DNA of 64,000 bases from Marsupella aquatica. Its lineage: Eukaryota > Plantae > Marchantiophyta. Every line of letters starts with the position of its first letter. Position 1 is the first letter of the stretch. The translations under genes were made by a program, and so were the position numbers. Below the pieces are notes generated by a model, which saw only the letters and a program-made list of their open reading frames with translations, did no database searches and had not been told where the DNA came from. The DNA lies in NCBI GenBank assembly GCA_973895155.1, contig OZ316892.1, positions 28,606,307 through 28,670,306 of the forward strand, in the 5' to 3' direction. This document shows positions 13,095 to 24,242 of this stretch, one piece after another.

Positions 13095-14594
13095 TCAACG
13101 AAAGTATGAGTAGTCTCTAGGAAAGCTCCTTCCTCACAAATTGATCGGGGTGGTCTTAGCTCAAAAGGGGTAACGCACCAAGTTTTGCTCTTTAGACTTT
13201 TAGGTAGGAGCAAACCCAGCAGAAATGAATTGATCAGTTCATCATTTAGATCGGTCAATGATCTATCTCAAACAAGTCACTGCCCCAAAATGTAATTTCG
13301 AATGTGGTTTTATATATTAAAGTTTAAAAGGGTTTGCACGTATCAACATGGTAGATGCCTGAACTCCTTCAATTGATTGGTGATTGTTCCTTAGTCATGA
13401 GCGCCAATCTTCATCTTTGCGTGTACAGATTTGCTGACAGTAACTATCCAACGAATTCACCTGTCCGTCCTGATCTGCTTTGACACAGTGCAATCTTCAA
13501 ATCAGAGTTCCATTGACCTTTGTCGTGATCCTCTCGAAACTATCTTTCCAATTGCAGAATCCCATCCAATCATGCGTCACTCCCAGCCTCATCGTCTCAA
13601 TTTTCGTCCCATTTCCAACGAAAGTACCTTTCCAGACATCTTTTCAATTGTACCTTTGTCGTGAGGTTTAAGCACACACCGCTGAAGAAAAGTTTCTTCT
13701 CCGACGGACGTTTTCTAAATGAGCTAGAATTCCAAATTGATGTTAGTTACTAGTCCACAAACGCAACTATCTGACCTCCCCAACATCAACGTTTCTGTAA
13801 AACTGAGGGGCATCAGTTAGTCCTGATCTATAGGCTAAGAAACCCGAAGGATCGATGGTTAGGACGTTAACACGACATGTTCTACTCTAAACCTAGGCCA
13901 AAACAAGTCCCACCTCTTTCCTGTTGTGCCAAGGTTATAAAGCCTAAAGTGAAAAGAGTAATACCAAATAACCACCGCATCCTACCATACAGGAGGATTC
14001 CTTACACGTGGACAGGTTCCAATGATAGAAAAAAGCGACTAAAATCAACAAACTTGCAGAGTGGGTGGGGATCTTGAAGGGTTTATCAGATCCATTGGAA
14101 GGAAATTTGAGCGTTTATTCTCAATTTAAGGATCATGGGCAGGGTGGGAAGTTTGCGACAAGATCACCGAGAGAAAGTTTTTTCCCGATATACTTGACCA
14201 TTGCAAATATGAATGTCGGCTCGTGAGCATAGCCTAGCTTGATCCTCTTTTAATTGTCCTATCCATTTGTCCGCAAAATTTAGAAGTTCCTAAATAGATG
14301 CCTGCTGTACATTCTACAATTCTCCTCCTTCGCTTCCTCCATGGTGTCTTATATTGATACTTACCAACCGGATGTCCCAGATGACTTGACATTGCTCTTT
14401 CTATAGACAATTCTGGGAATTCAATCATCCTGGATATGTGGAATCACCTAGATCGACCATTACCCCCCAACCTAATTGTTTCACTGTACATGGATGGAAA
14501 ACTCAACCTTTCCTGGGCCTTCTGCTGTGCTCCAAGATATGGCACAGCTTCACCTTCTGTAGAGAGTTTGCTGTGCTAAAAATGAGGCACATCG

Positions 14595-17552
14595 TCACCT
14601 TCTATGGGGCCTTTGCTGTGCTCCAAAGTAGCGGTCCTTCCAACCCTCATTCTTGACTAAATTTTCGAGATGCGGCCGCTTACCATTTCTAGGATCTCTA
14701 AATGTAGCAGTAGCAGATCCAGCATAAGCTCCATCTCTGCTTCTAAATTGCGCAACGCCGATAAAGAGCCAGGCAAGAGAGCTAGCAAGAACAACAACTA
14801 GTGATACCAGAACAGTGAAGTTGAGAAACACCAAATGAGCATGAGCTCCAAGGTCTTGCTCAATCCATGACTCGATGACCTTGTTGCGGGTCGCCGCACT
14901 CAAAACAACACCTTTTCCACCATCAACTGAGGACGCCTCGGAGGCCATGTCCAAGTGTTTCCGTGCAGCCACGTAGGCTGCATGTTTGAACCCAAAAGTG
15001 TACTTGGGACCGGGCCATAAACATTTCAGAGACCAAAATGCTTTTGTCCTCCACATACTGTCATAAGTCCTCTCACAGTCCTGCATCCGAAGCTCCTTGT
15101 AAGCATCATGGAGAGGATCGTAGCAAAAGGCTCTCATTAGAGCTGTATTCTTCTTCAAATGGTGCTCCTTCAGCTCGCGAATACCACGTATCAGCTCCTT
15201 TCTGTTCTCCTCCACTATCCCAGAGGGTAGAAAGTCTTTCACAAGTGCTGTATACTCATCGACAAACCTCTTCTCGAGATGATCTGTCTTCGTGGTAATC
15301 ACTTCATCATTGTCCGGAAATGGAACCATCGTTCCCATTTCTTCCCTATATTGACGAGCAAGAGTCGCTGCCTGGAAATCGCAATATCCCCTAAGCCTTG
15401 CATCATTTTGAGCTTGAAATTCTTTGAAGCGCTGGCTTGACCACTGAGCACACTGATAGGTTTGGAAATCGTACTGCTCAACTCCAGGTCCTAACCATGG
15501 CAACCCTTCCTTCTTCACACTATTGTCAAATTCAGCTTGTGCAGCCAATTGAGCAGCCTTACCGATCTCAGCCAATCTCTTAGATGAACAAGGCCTCTGG
15601 GGCCCCGGCTTGGTCTCTTGCTGCTGGTTTTCATTTGATCTCGGACCACATCCCTCTTTTGCTATGGCTTCTTCATATGCTACACGATAAGCAGCTTTTC
15701 CCCTGCTGAGAATGGCCGAAATTTTATCCGCATTCATTTTGCAGACTTTGTCACACTTGGTCTGAATGTCTATCTGCATTTGGCCCCAAGCCTCCTTGTA
15801 GAGTGGGCCACCTCGGTGGGGACCCACAAGCAGCTCATACCGTTGAAGGGCACCCATGGTTGCCTGCTTGCAACGCAGCTGGATGTCAGATTCACGCACT
15901 GGGAGCACAAGACCATCCATTTCCTTCTCAGCAGCAGCTCGGAATCCTTGACCCAGTAGAACCAGCACCTCCCTCACCCGTTGGTCATTCTCATCCCTGT
16001 AGCGTGGTTTCATGCGTTCAAGCTTCACACCAAGCTGCCCCTCACAAGACACACGTGCCTTTGCCAAAGGAACCCCAACGCTTCGCTGTTTACAGTACTC
16101 AATGGCTCGTCTTTCCGCTTCATCTAAAAGTTGCTCTATCTCATCTGCTGTGAAAGCTGATGCAGCAAGAGCTGAAAGTCTGGCACCACCTTGGGCAGAT
16201 TCCAGCTTTGCATTGGCCACATTCACCTCCTTGCCTTGACGTCTGGAAAGAACTTTCTCTTTATCCGGAAGAGTACTCATGCAAAGCTGAAAATATTGTA
16301 CTCCACCAGCAAAAGCCCCATCCACAACAACATCCACTAGCACATCCCTCAATTTCCTATCGGCATTGAGTGGGAAATCTTCATTGACATAATGAACAAG
16401 AAGAGGCAGCAGGGCAGCCAAGTCTTTGCCTGTGAAGTTACCTTTCGCTGTCAAATTCCCAAAGATGGTGTGTCTAAGAGCTTCAATATCTGCTAAATAT
16501 CCTGAATGCAAATAAGGATACAACTCCTCCTGTGCTGCTAGACCTTCATCTCCAACAGCCTCACGGAGTGCATTTAGGTCCGTTGGAGTCCTCAATGTAC
16601 GACATTTGATCCCCTGGGTGAATAGAGTGTCCAGCGTCCTATCCCCTGAATGTGCATGTGCAGCCAGATATCGTTGGAGATATGCCGTAGGGCTTTGGGA
16701 TGATTGCAATCCAATGTCAAACCCCTGGACCACCCAGGTAAGAGGCGGAAATGTTAGAGTTTTCAACATCAGTGTTGGGTCCACACCAAGTGGGGTGGAG
16801 GCATGATCAGCAATGGCATCACCCGTGTGAAGCCAATTCTGCATGTTGAAAACTTGAGCCTGTTTTGCCAGATCTGCAAGTGAGCTAACTGACTGAGCAT
16901 CCCCAAGAGTCCGGAGAGTGTTGTACACTAGATGTGAGCTCAGAAGTGTTGCAAGAGCAAACACTCTGGCATCATAAGAGCGAGTGGCTCCCTCCCCATA
17001 GAAGCCTTCTGTATCCAGAAAGACAACGACGGAATCATCCGCACCTGAAATTCTCTCTTTGGACACCATCCGCATCCATATGCCTCTTGTCTCCGGCTCT
17101 GGCACTGCTCCAACGTCAAAGCCGTGAGTAGAATTGAGGAGTACGTTGAGAAGAAAGGACTTGCCCCCATGATAAGGCCCCACGGCTGACACGAGAGATA
17201 CTACGTCCGAAATTACTGCAAGCTTCTCAACCGCCATCTCGTTCAATTCGAGCCTGTCGTGACCTTCTCCGGGCTTCAGCAGCTGGCAAGGCCTCTCAAA
17301 GTCTGCTCTTCTGTTCAACACCTCTTGTGTTAAGAAGCTATCCTCCTCTCTTTGCAGTTCAACCACAGGGAGAGCAACGCCACCATAGCTGAGATCAAAT
17401 TTTTCTTGCCCTGCGAGATCACTTGAAGAGTGATCAACAGGAGACAAGATCGGGATTTGCTCTTGGGGCTGGGAGAAAACGAACGGGAAACACAGGAGGA
17501 CGACCAGAGCCCACATACCCACTAAGCTCAGCTTCCTTCCCACCGAGGTCAT
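14595..17552 (-). CDS. Guanylate-binding protein (GBP)/atlastin/RHD3-family large GTPase-like protein, intronless, 985 aa, with N-terminal signal peptide and C-terminal TM helix
   Basis: Single ATG-initiated ORF. P-loop GPYHGGKSFLLN, G2 ETRGIWM, G3 FLDTEG, FALATLLSSHLVYN, FPPLTWVVQGF. Long helical region and hydrophobic LVFLNFTVLVSLVVVLASSLAWLFIGV near the C-terminus. Confidence 0.9.
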   Translation of the reverse strand: MTSVGRKLSLVGMWALVVLLCFPFVFSQPQEQIPILSPVDHSSSDLAGQEKFDLSYGGVALPVVELQREEDSFLTQEVLNRRADFERPCQLLKPGEGHDRLELNEMAVEKLAVISDVVSLVSAVGPYHGGKSFLLNVLLNSTHGFDVGAVPEPETRGIWMRMVSKERISGADDSVVVFLDTEGFYGEGATRSYDARVFALATLLSSHLVYNTLRTLGDAQSVSSLADLAKQAQVFNMQNWLHTGDAIADHASTPLGVDPTLMLKTLTFPPLTWVVQGFDIGLQSSQSPTAYLQRYLAAHAHSGDRTLDTLFTQGIKCRTLRTPTDLNALREAVGDEGLAAQEELYPYLHSGYLADIEALRHTIFGNLTAKGNFTGKDLAALLPLLVHYVNEDFPLNADRKLRDVLVDVVVDGAFAGGVQYFQLCMSTLPDKEKVLSRRQGKEVNVANAKLESAQGGARLSALAASAFTADEIEQLLDEAERRAIEYCKQRSVGVPLAKARVSCEGQLGVKLERMKPRYRDENDQRVREVLVLLGQGFRAAAEKEMDGLVLPVRESDIQLRCKQATMGALQRYELLVGPHRGGPLYKEAWGQMQIDIQTKCDKVCKMNADKISAILSRGKAAYRVAYEEAIAKEGCGPRSNENQQQETKPGPQRPCSSKRLAEIGKAAQLAAQAEFDNSVKKEGLPWLGPGVEQYDFQTYQCAQWSSQRFKEFQAQNDARLRGYCDFQAATLARQYREEMGTMVPFPDNDEVITTKTDHLEKRFVDEYTALVKDFLPSGIVEENRKELIRGIRELKEHHLKKNTALMRAFCYDPLHDAYKELRMQDCERTYDSMWRTKAFWSLKCLWPGPKYTFGFKHAAYVAARKHLDMASEASSVDGGKGVVLSAATRNKVIESWIEQDLGAHAHLVFLNFTVLVSLVVVLASSLAWLFIGVAQFRSRDGAYAGSATATFRDPRNGKRPHLENLVKNEGWKDRYFGAQQRPHRR

Positions 17553-20122
17553 CTTGCATAGACTTGTGGAAATCTGGCTAATCGGCCATCAGAGGGGTAG
17601 ATGATGGCAACGCAATTGGGCGTGGAGAGAGGGGGTCTGAGGCGTGAACATGAGGCAAAGGAAAATATCGTTCCATTCCTCTTTCCCTCCTCCTTCAGCT
17701 CCTCCTCAAACGATTCTACTTTGTCCTATGCTTTCTAATCGAAACGCCATCACAACGATCGCCACCATTCCCTTCGATGGGAAGAATCTTGCCGAAAACA
17801 TACGTCCTAAACCTTTTCTGCTGTCAAATTGTGGGCGGGGAAGGGCTTTTGCTGGGTTTGTGACCGAACACTGCAGGGAGAGGCGGTGCCCTACAATTCG
17901 ACCCACCTCGCCGTTGCATGAAGCCGCATCGATGTGCGTCCAATTGCTGTCGCTAAGAGCTGACGGCGACAAAATTGGCGGTAAAGAAAGGAACGGAAGC
18001 GTCAATGCGAAGACACCGGAAATCCGCTTCGACTTCTCAATCTTTAACGCCGCTACTTGCGAAATCTCTTTCTAGTATTTCCTAGTTCGATATTGATGGC
18101 CAACAGGAACGCGATCAAGACCATGAATATCGGTCTGAAGTCGTCATGCCCCTGGCAGTGTTATGTTGTCAGCCACATGCATGCTCATCTCTGCATGAAC
18201 TGGCGGGCAAGCCCGTCATTCACAACGAAGAGCGATGGCGTTCAGCGTACAAACAAGCTCCAGAAGCTCGGGACTGGAAACTTTGAATGGAAACCCACTC
18301 CTCGCAAAAGGCTCACTACGGGATATGTTTGGACTTCTTGCTGCCCACTTCCGCAATCTTTGACGAGTGAGGGTGGCACATCGTTCATTTCGTATGCTTA
18401 TGAAGACAACATTCCTCATGGGAACAATTCTGTTTTTTAACTGTAGTGATAAAAAAGGGCCGATGGGACAAATATTTCCTGGGTTTAACAGCGGGGAGAA
18501 GTCGTGTCCCGGAATGGCCGATGTAGCCCATTGCATGCAGTTCCTGAGCTCTGGATGGATTTCCACTTGGCTCGGCTTGTACCTTACGAATGTGCTCTTT
18601 CTCGTGGCATCTGTCGCCCGCCTACTGGCAAGGATCGAACCAATTCGCTTTAAATTTGGCACCATTTAAGAATTGATAGTTCAAATCGTGCCCATGAACT
18701 TTACTCAAGCGTTTGGATATGATTTTGCTGTGGCACTCTGACAATGATGTCTGTAAAACTACTTTCATTACGCTCCACAGACATCTCTAGTAGCCACTAC
18801 CCAAAAAAGAACTTGAACAAGGGAATTCCCACATGGAATAGAACTAGATCACGAACATCAAAAGTGATCAGGACTTTATTTCTGAGAAACACCAACTGCA
18901 ATCTAGCTTGAAACGTGTCAAATGTTCTCATCAATACAACATCTAGGGAGAGGATCGTCACGTCGGCATCTCATCATCTCGCCCACTTTCTCAATAGGAC
19001 AAAAAAAATTACTTCCACACCTCAAACACTAGCAAAGTCAGTGCTACGTAATGTTTTGAATACGAGCTCAATCTGCTCTCGTCTTTGGCATGTAATGTTA
19101 TCGAAGACATGCTGCATTGTTCAAGTCTGTTTCGCTCAGCTTTCACCGCCAAACTTCTCTGGTGGTCCTCTCTCGCTGCTGATTACCTCCATGCCCATCC
19201 GCTGCCCTGTTATGGATCTGCAGCAGTTGCACCCCACCCAAAAGAAATGATATTAAACCTACAATGGTATGGCTGGGAACTGCTTGAATTTTGCCTTTAC
19301 CTAGCTGATGAGTGAAAACCTCTTTACGCGAAACTTTGTCAGAAAGGTGTCCGGCCTTCCTGTGTAAATATCTGTCTGACAAATACTCAGAAATGAGCCT
19401 CTCGGTTGTTGGTTTCATCGTGTGACCCTTTCCCTTGGTCCGCTTGACTTATTGGTTGTATAAGTCAACAAGAAATTTCTCATGCCGTTCTTGTGTGACT
19501 CAGAAGTAGAACTGCATCCAATTTCTCACGTCAGCTGTATTCCTGAGGAATTCATACACTGTTCCATGAGTAAGTACAAGCCGGTTAGTATCTTCGTTAA
19601 ACCGAGTTGCATTGCACTGATCAAGCAGTTCTGGTTGATAATATTTATCAGTGGACAATTCTCAGTGAGCCGATTCGTGCCAGACCTGATGTTGCTTCAG
19701 TTGCATCTGTGGTTGAGTATGAGTAATCCTGGCTAGGGCTTCTTGCGCCAAAATATGAATTCCATAAAATGTCCATACTATAGTCATATAAGAGAGAGAA
19801 TTCACGGAGCAGTGCTACAAGCAATCAAAATTGCAAACAATGCCAAGAATGTGAACGCCTCAGGCTGTGACATCACTTAGCAAGAAACTATCCATAAACC
19901 GTGAAGAGAAGCCAAGGAGCCGTATAGGAGAAGTAGAACCTAAACATGAGGATGACGAAAATTGACATATTGCTTCCGTTCCATGATCAGGGATTAACAT
20001 TGTGATGTTTGCTGCCAAAATTTCTACTCTATCTATGGCAGGTGAACTAAAACAGCCCAAAAATTCACTCTGTTATCTCCAATTTAATAGACGCCTATTT
20101 TCTAATGATTTGTTGAACTATA

Positions 20123-20274
20123 CTAGATTCGACATGACAGAGATAGTGGGGCGTACCTCCTTGTCAAGTTCTCTTAACTATCAACCCTGCTTGACAATCT
20201 GCCTAGATTCCACATGACAAAGATAGTTGCGTAAACCTCCATGTCAAGCTCTCTAACTATCAACCCTGCTTGAC
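20123..20274. repeat. Two ~80-bp tandem copies overlapping the stop codon of the Myb/SANT ORF
   Basis: CTAGATTC.ACATGACA.AGATAGT...CCTCC.TGTCAAG.TCTCT.AACTATCAACCCTGCTTGACA at ~20123 and ~20203. Confidence 0.85.
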
Positions 20275-21257
20275 ATTCTTTCTATAAAGTACCTAAGTGA
20301 CTCTCCAACAAACGTTAAGGCAGCAGTGACCTCTCGAGACATTTCCCTTGCTTGCTCCATTGCCTGCCGTTGCTGAGACAAGTTGTCCTCGTGTTTCTTC
20401 TCTTCAAGTGCTATAAGCCTCTCATGCTTCTCTCGCTCGTAAGTCATGACTTCAATGTGCTCTTCCCTTCGTGCCTGTCTATCCTCCACCAATGCATTTA
20501 CTAGCTTATCAATAACCTTGTGCAAATCTCCCGTACTCTTTTGTCTACGAGTACGCTTCCAGCCCCTTATAGTTGATCCCCCCAGGGGTGGTGTCACGTC
20601 TCCATTGGCACGTCCAGGACTCGGCTGTTGCTCATTACTACCATGGTCAAGGGTAGGCCCACCTACTCCATGGGCATTTTGAAAGAGAACTCCACCACCT
20701 AAATCCATATTTCTGGTGCCCATTTGAGGGCTTCTGCCTTCTCTCTGGATATCCATATCTTCATCCACGTTAACGATAAGAGGCGCTGAGAATTCCTCAT
20801 GGAGAGGCATGGAGAGTGGTTTGGTGATGCTCTCTTCTATCGTTGTACTGTCCACAATCTGTAGGGGATCGGGATGGGCAGATTTATTCCGAGGAACCCA
20901 GACCTCCATAGCTTGATACCATTCGCCCGCAAATAGTGATGGGAGCCTTTTATCCTTTCTCTCCTTCCTTGTCATTTCAAAATATCCATCTTGTCCAGCA
21001 GGAATCTGCTTTTGGTAGTCGTAGACCTTCTTGAAATCTGTAAACAACCTCTCCCATCGTTTCTTACACTGTTCCCACTTCTTATTCACACCGTCTTTCC
21101 GACAAATGTCCTCCACCTCTTTCCACCTTGCTTCAGCAGTTCGCATGCGCTCTCGAGAAGGATCCAAGGTTGATTGTTCTGCTTGATATCTCTTGGCTGC
21201 GATGAGAACGAGCAATTCTGTGGTTGCCCATCGAGCCAGTTGCTCGGGTTTTGTCAT
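20253..21257 (-). CDS. Myb/SANT-like (trihelix, Myb_DNA-bind_4) protein, the ORF1 partner of a PIF/Harbinger transposase
   Basis: Intact 334-aa ORF: RWATTELLVLIAAK...RWKEVEDICRKDGVNKKWEQCKKRWERLFTDFKKVYDY...YFEMTRKERKDKRLPSLF, plus a C-terminal coiled coil. Divergently oriented ~3 kb from a Harbinger transposase. Confidence 0.85.
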   Translation of the reverse strand: MTKPEQLARWATTELLVLIAAKRYQAEQSTLDPSRERMRTAEARWKEVEDICRKDGVNKKWEQCKKRWERLFTDFKKVYDYQKQIPAGQDGYFEMTRKERKDKRLPSLFAGEWYQAMEVWVPRNKSAHPDPLQIVDSTTIEESITKPLSMPLHEEFSAPLIVNVDEDMDIQREGRSPQMGTRNMDLGGGVLFQNAHGVGGPTLDHGSNEQQPSPGRANGDVTPPLGGSTIRGWKRTRRQKSTGDLHKVIDKLVNALVEDRQARREEHIEVMTYEREKHERLIALEEKKHEDNLSQQRQAMEQAREMSREVTAALTFVGESLRYFIERMSSRVDS

Positions 21258-23001
21258 ACTCCCCCTTTCTAATTCTGATTGTATTGATCTGTGCTACACA
21301 AAACAGAGAAAGGCATATTACTACCATGAAAAGCGGTCAGCCTCTGTATACAAAGAACCCTGTAGAATCTCAGTGCGCAAGAAAGTGTGGCCGCTCATGA
21401 CTTGCATCTGTGTCAGTATTCTTCAAGAATGCCGTGGGTTCTGCTGTCAAGAGCAAGAATTCACGCTTCACCACTCGCAATGAACTGCATATCTTAAGAG
21501 AGGACTCACAGAGTCGATCTCAAGGGCCACGCTCTCACATCGTTCAGTCAACCAAGTCCCAATTTTATATGCTCCTACAGAAAGTCATTCAATCCTAAAT
21601 TGTCAAAGTCCTTGCCATTTCCCATGCCCAGCATTTTCCAGAACTCAGCAGCCAGACCATCCCAAAACCTTGTAAACCTCGTGTCTCCCCCTGTCAAGAG
21701 AGACACTCCATTCAGAAAAATAGACAATTCAAATGGATGGGGCTCAGAAGAAAGGCTAGTGCAACTTCCAAATCTTTAATTTTGGGGACTTTGGGAAGAG
21801 CTCTCACATCATTGAAAGCCAATTACCACCGTCACTGCTTTGTCCTCCTCAAGTCCCTGGGAATCCAAAATCAGCAGCATCTTGTTCTCAGCCCCATCGT
21901 TTTTGGATCATATGGGAAATGCACTTATTCCTGCACGACCTAGAAGGTCTCTGTTTTGGCCCCATTCTGCGGAAAACTATGAAACCCCACGCAGTGTCGC
22001 ATCTCTCACGTCAGCAAAAGCACAGTCGAGGGCCCTGACGCAATAACTATTACACCTGCCAAAATCCACGGTCTCAGCATATCAAAGAGGCGCAACCACA
22101 GTTTGGAGGGATGCTACCTATTTCTTCTCAGAAAGCCAGGAACGGTCACTTTTTTAATTTCCCAGCCTCATCATCTCAGTGAGTTGAACATTCACGCTTC
22201 GACCCACAAACAAACCCGTAAGCTTTCCTCCCCTTAGGACCAGCAGCATCTCTCGTACAGCATCTTCTTTTGAGCCTAAAAATCAAGCCTTCAAAACCCG
22301 CCTTGCGTTGCCTTCAGAATTTTTCCATTTGGTGAGGAAAAGGAGAGATGACGACGTGTCATCTGGTTGGGCACTGGAGATATAACCCCCAGTTACACAA
22401 AATGTAAGCCAAATATGATTTCTGTGGGAAATTCGGTCATCCAAAATGGATATCAAAGGAATTGTCCTTTTCATATGCTCAAACCAGATGATCCCACGTC
22501 TTTCTTCTAATTCCTGCGCTACCTCAGTCTCTGCAACTGTACCCAAATTCTTCAACCTGACTACCTTAAATGCACGTAAAATTAAAGTTGTGTGGGCTCC
22601 AATGTAAATTGGTGCTTTTGCGAACGACAATTGCAATCTCGACATCTACAGCCAACTTGTCACGCATTTTCGTCCATCCATGAAGATGTGAATCCAGCTA
22701 TTGCTTCCCGACCTCTCTATCCACCTACCTCGTAAAACAGCTACCTAGCCAGCTCGATGACTCCACACCGGAACCCTGGTCACACACCTAAGTGCTCCAA
22801 CCTATCCCTGCCATCCAAACTATCGTAGCATTGTAAGCAATGCCACTTCCTGTCTTATGTCTCATGCTTACCAAAACCCTACGCGTACTCAAAGTCCAGG
22901 CCTGAACCACAAATTCAACCGAGCTTAATTTACTCTAAAAAAATCCTTGTCCCGCGTTACAGCAGTAGTAGCAGCACCGCCGTTCGTTCAAGTCCAGACT
23001 A
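21013..23001. repeat. Segmental duplication, copy 1 (copy 2 at 29814-32113)
   Basis: Near-identical direct repeat from TGGTAGTCGTAGACCTTC to TCAAGTCCAGACTA. It includes the 5' part of the Myb ORF and a decayed coding-like region. Confidence 0.95.
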
Positions 23002-23809
23002 CCTTTGGCTCCGCTCCACAATGCTTACAACCCCAAAACGTGTGACGTATTCAGCGCCCCAAACTCCAATTCCAACTTGACCTCGTACCGAGATTCTAAA
23101 GTCGGTGGTGTACGTTCGCTAGGCATGCGCCATCGCTATTCACAAATTATGAAAGTACAACGCCTCAGAGACACAGCAGACACAATGGAGAGAAGTGAGG
23201 GACAGACGGAAACATAACACCTCCTCCCTGCTGTCAATCTTTCTCCGTGACACCTTTGTGGCTGGCTGGCTCGCCCCCTGGTTGCATTCAGTCTAAATCA
23301 ACTCTGCCGCAACAAAATGTCAGGCGCAGAACGGCAGCAGCAGCTCCACAGCCTTAACTTGGAGTTCTCGCCCGAGCCACAAACGTCCCGGCTACTCGAT
23401 GGTCATACACAGAACTCTGAGTGCTTTGCGTATACTCTCAACCATCTCCGCAACTTCAAAATGTGAAGAACACAACGCCAGCAGCAGCAGCGAGCCTTGA
23501 CGTGAGATTCTCGACGGCCCAGCAATCATCCCGAGCACTCGATCCTAAAACAGCCCACTCAACTGAAAAAAAGTGCCAACAAAGCACCAATGCAAGAAAA
23601 AGAAGAGAGAAAAGAGGAAAAAAAAAACAGTCCAGACTGCAGACCCCAGAGAAGGCCAAGGAGAGAACTACTCGAAACGATTATGCAGCCACGCTCGAGT
23701 GCTCGAGTGGTGATGGACGATGCATACGAAGTGCGAAGCTATTTTTCTCTGGGACACCTTCAGCTCCCAATAGTCTGGCGTTCTTGCAGCTCCCTCCCTA
23801 CCTCGATTC

Positions 23810-24242
23810 CTCCCAAGACGAGACGAGAGATGACCCCTAAAGGTCGAAGCTCAAGGAGACAGCCTCGAGTTCCTCGACCCTCAACTCGATCACTGCTGAC
23901 TTGGACTATTGGGAGTTCTCCCACCCCCCAAACGCTCCTTCTGAGGAGGGTTCCCTCACCGCCCCAGCTGAGGGTACGGCTCCCCTGGATGATTGGAAGA
24001 TCCCAGGTGTTTGCTGCCCTCTTCCCCTGACCACAGCACCTTATAGGGTTCCTCACAAGACGAGACGAGAGGTGACCCCTAAAGTTCGAAGCTCAAGGAG
24101 ACGGCCTTGAGTTCCTCGACCCTCAACTCGATCACTGCTGACTTGGACTATTGGGAGTTCTCCCACCCCCCAAACGCTCCTTCTGAGGAGGGTTCCCTCA
24201 CCGCCCCAGCTGAGGGTACGGCTCCCTTGGGTTTATACCAAG
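23810..24242. repeat. ~245-bp tandem repeat unit (about 2 copies) directly upstream of the Harbinger transposase ATG
   Basis: CAAGACGAGACGAGAG.TGACCCCTAAAG.TCGAAGCTCAAGGAGAC...CCCCAGCTGAGGGTACGGCTCCC at ~23814 and ~24056. Confidence 0.9.

Noticed and set aside
21600-22560. Assignment of the decayed cargo as an OTP51-like PPR/LAGLIDADG or a VPS15/WD40 fragment
   Set aside because: Only a few short scattered resemblances from memory, and they conflict with each other.
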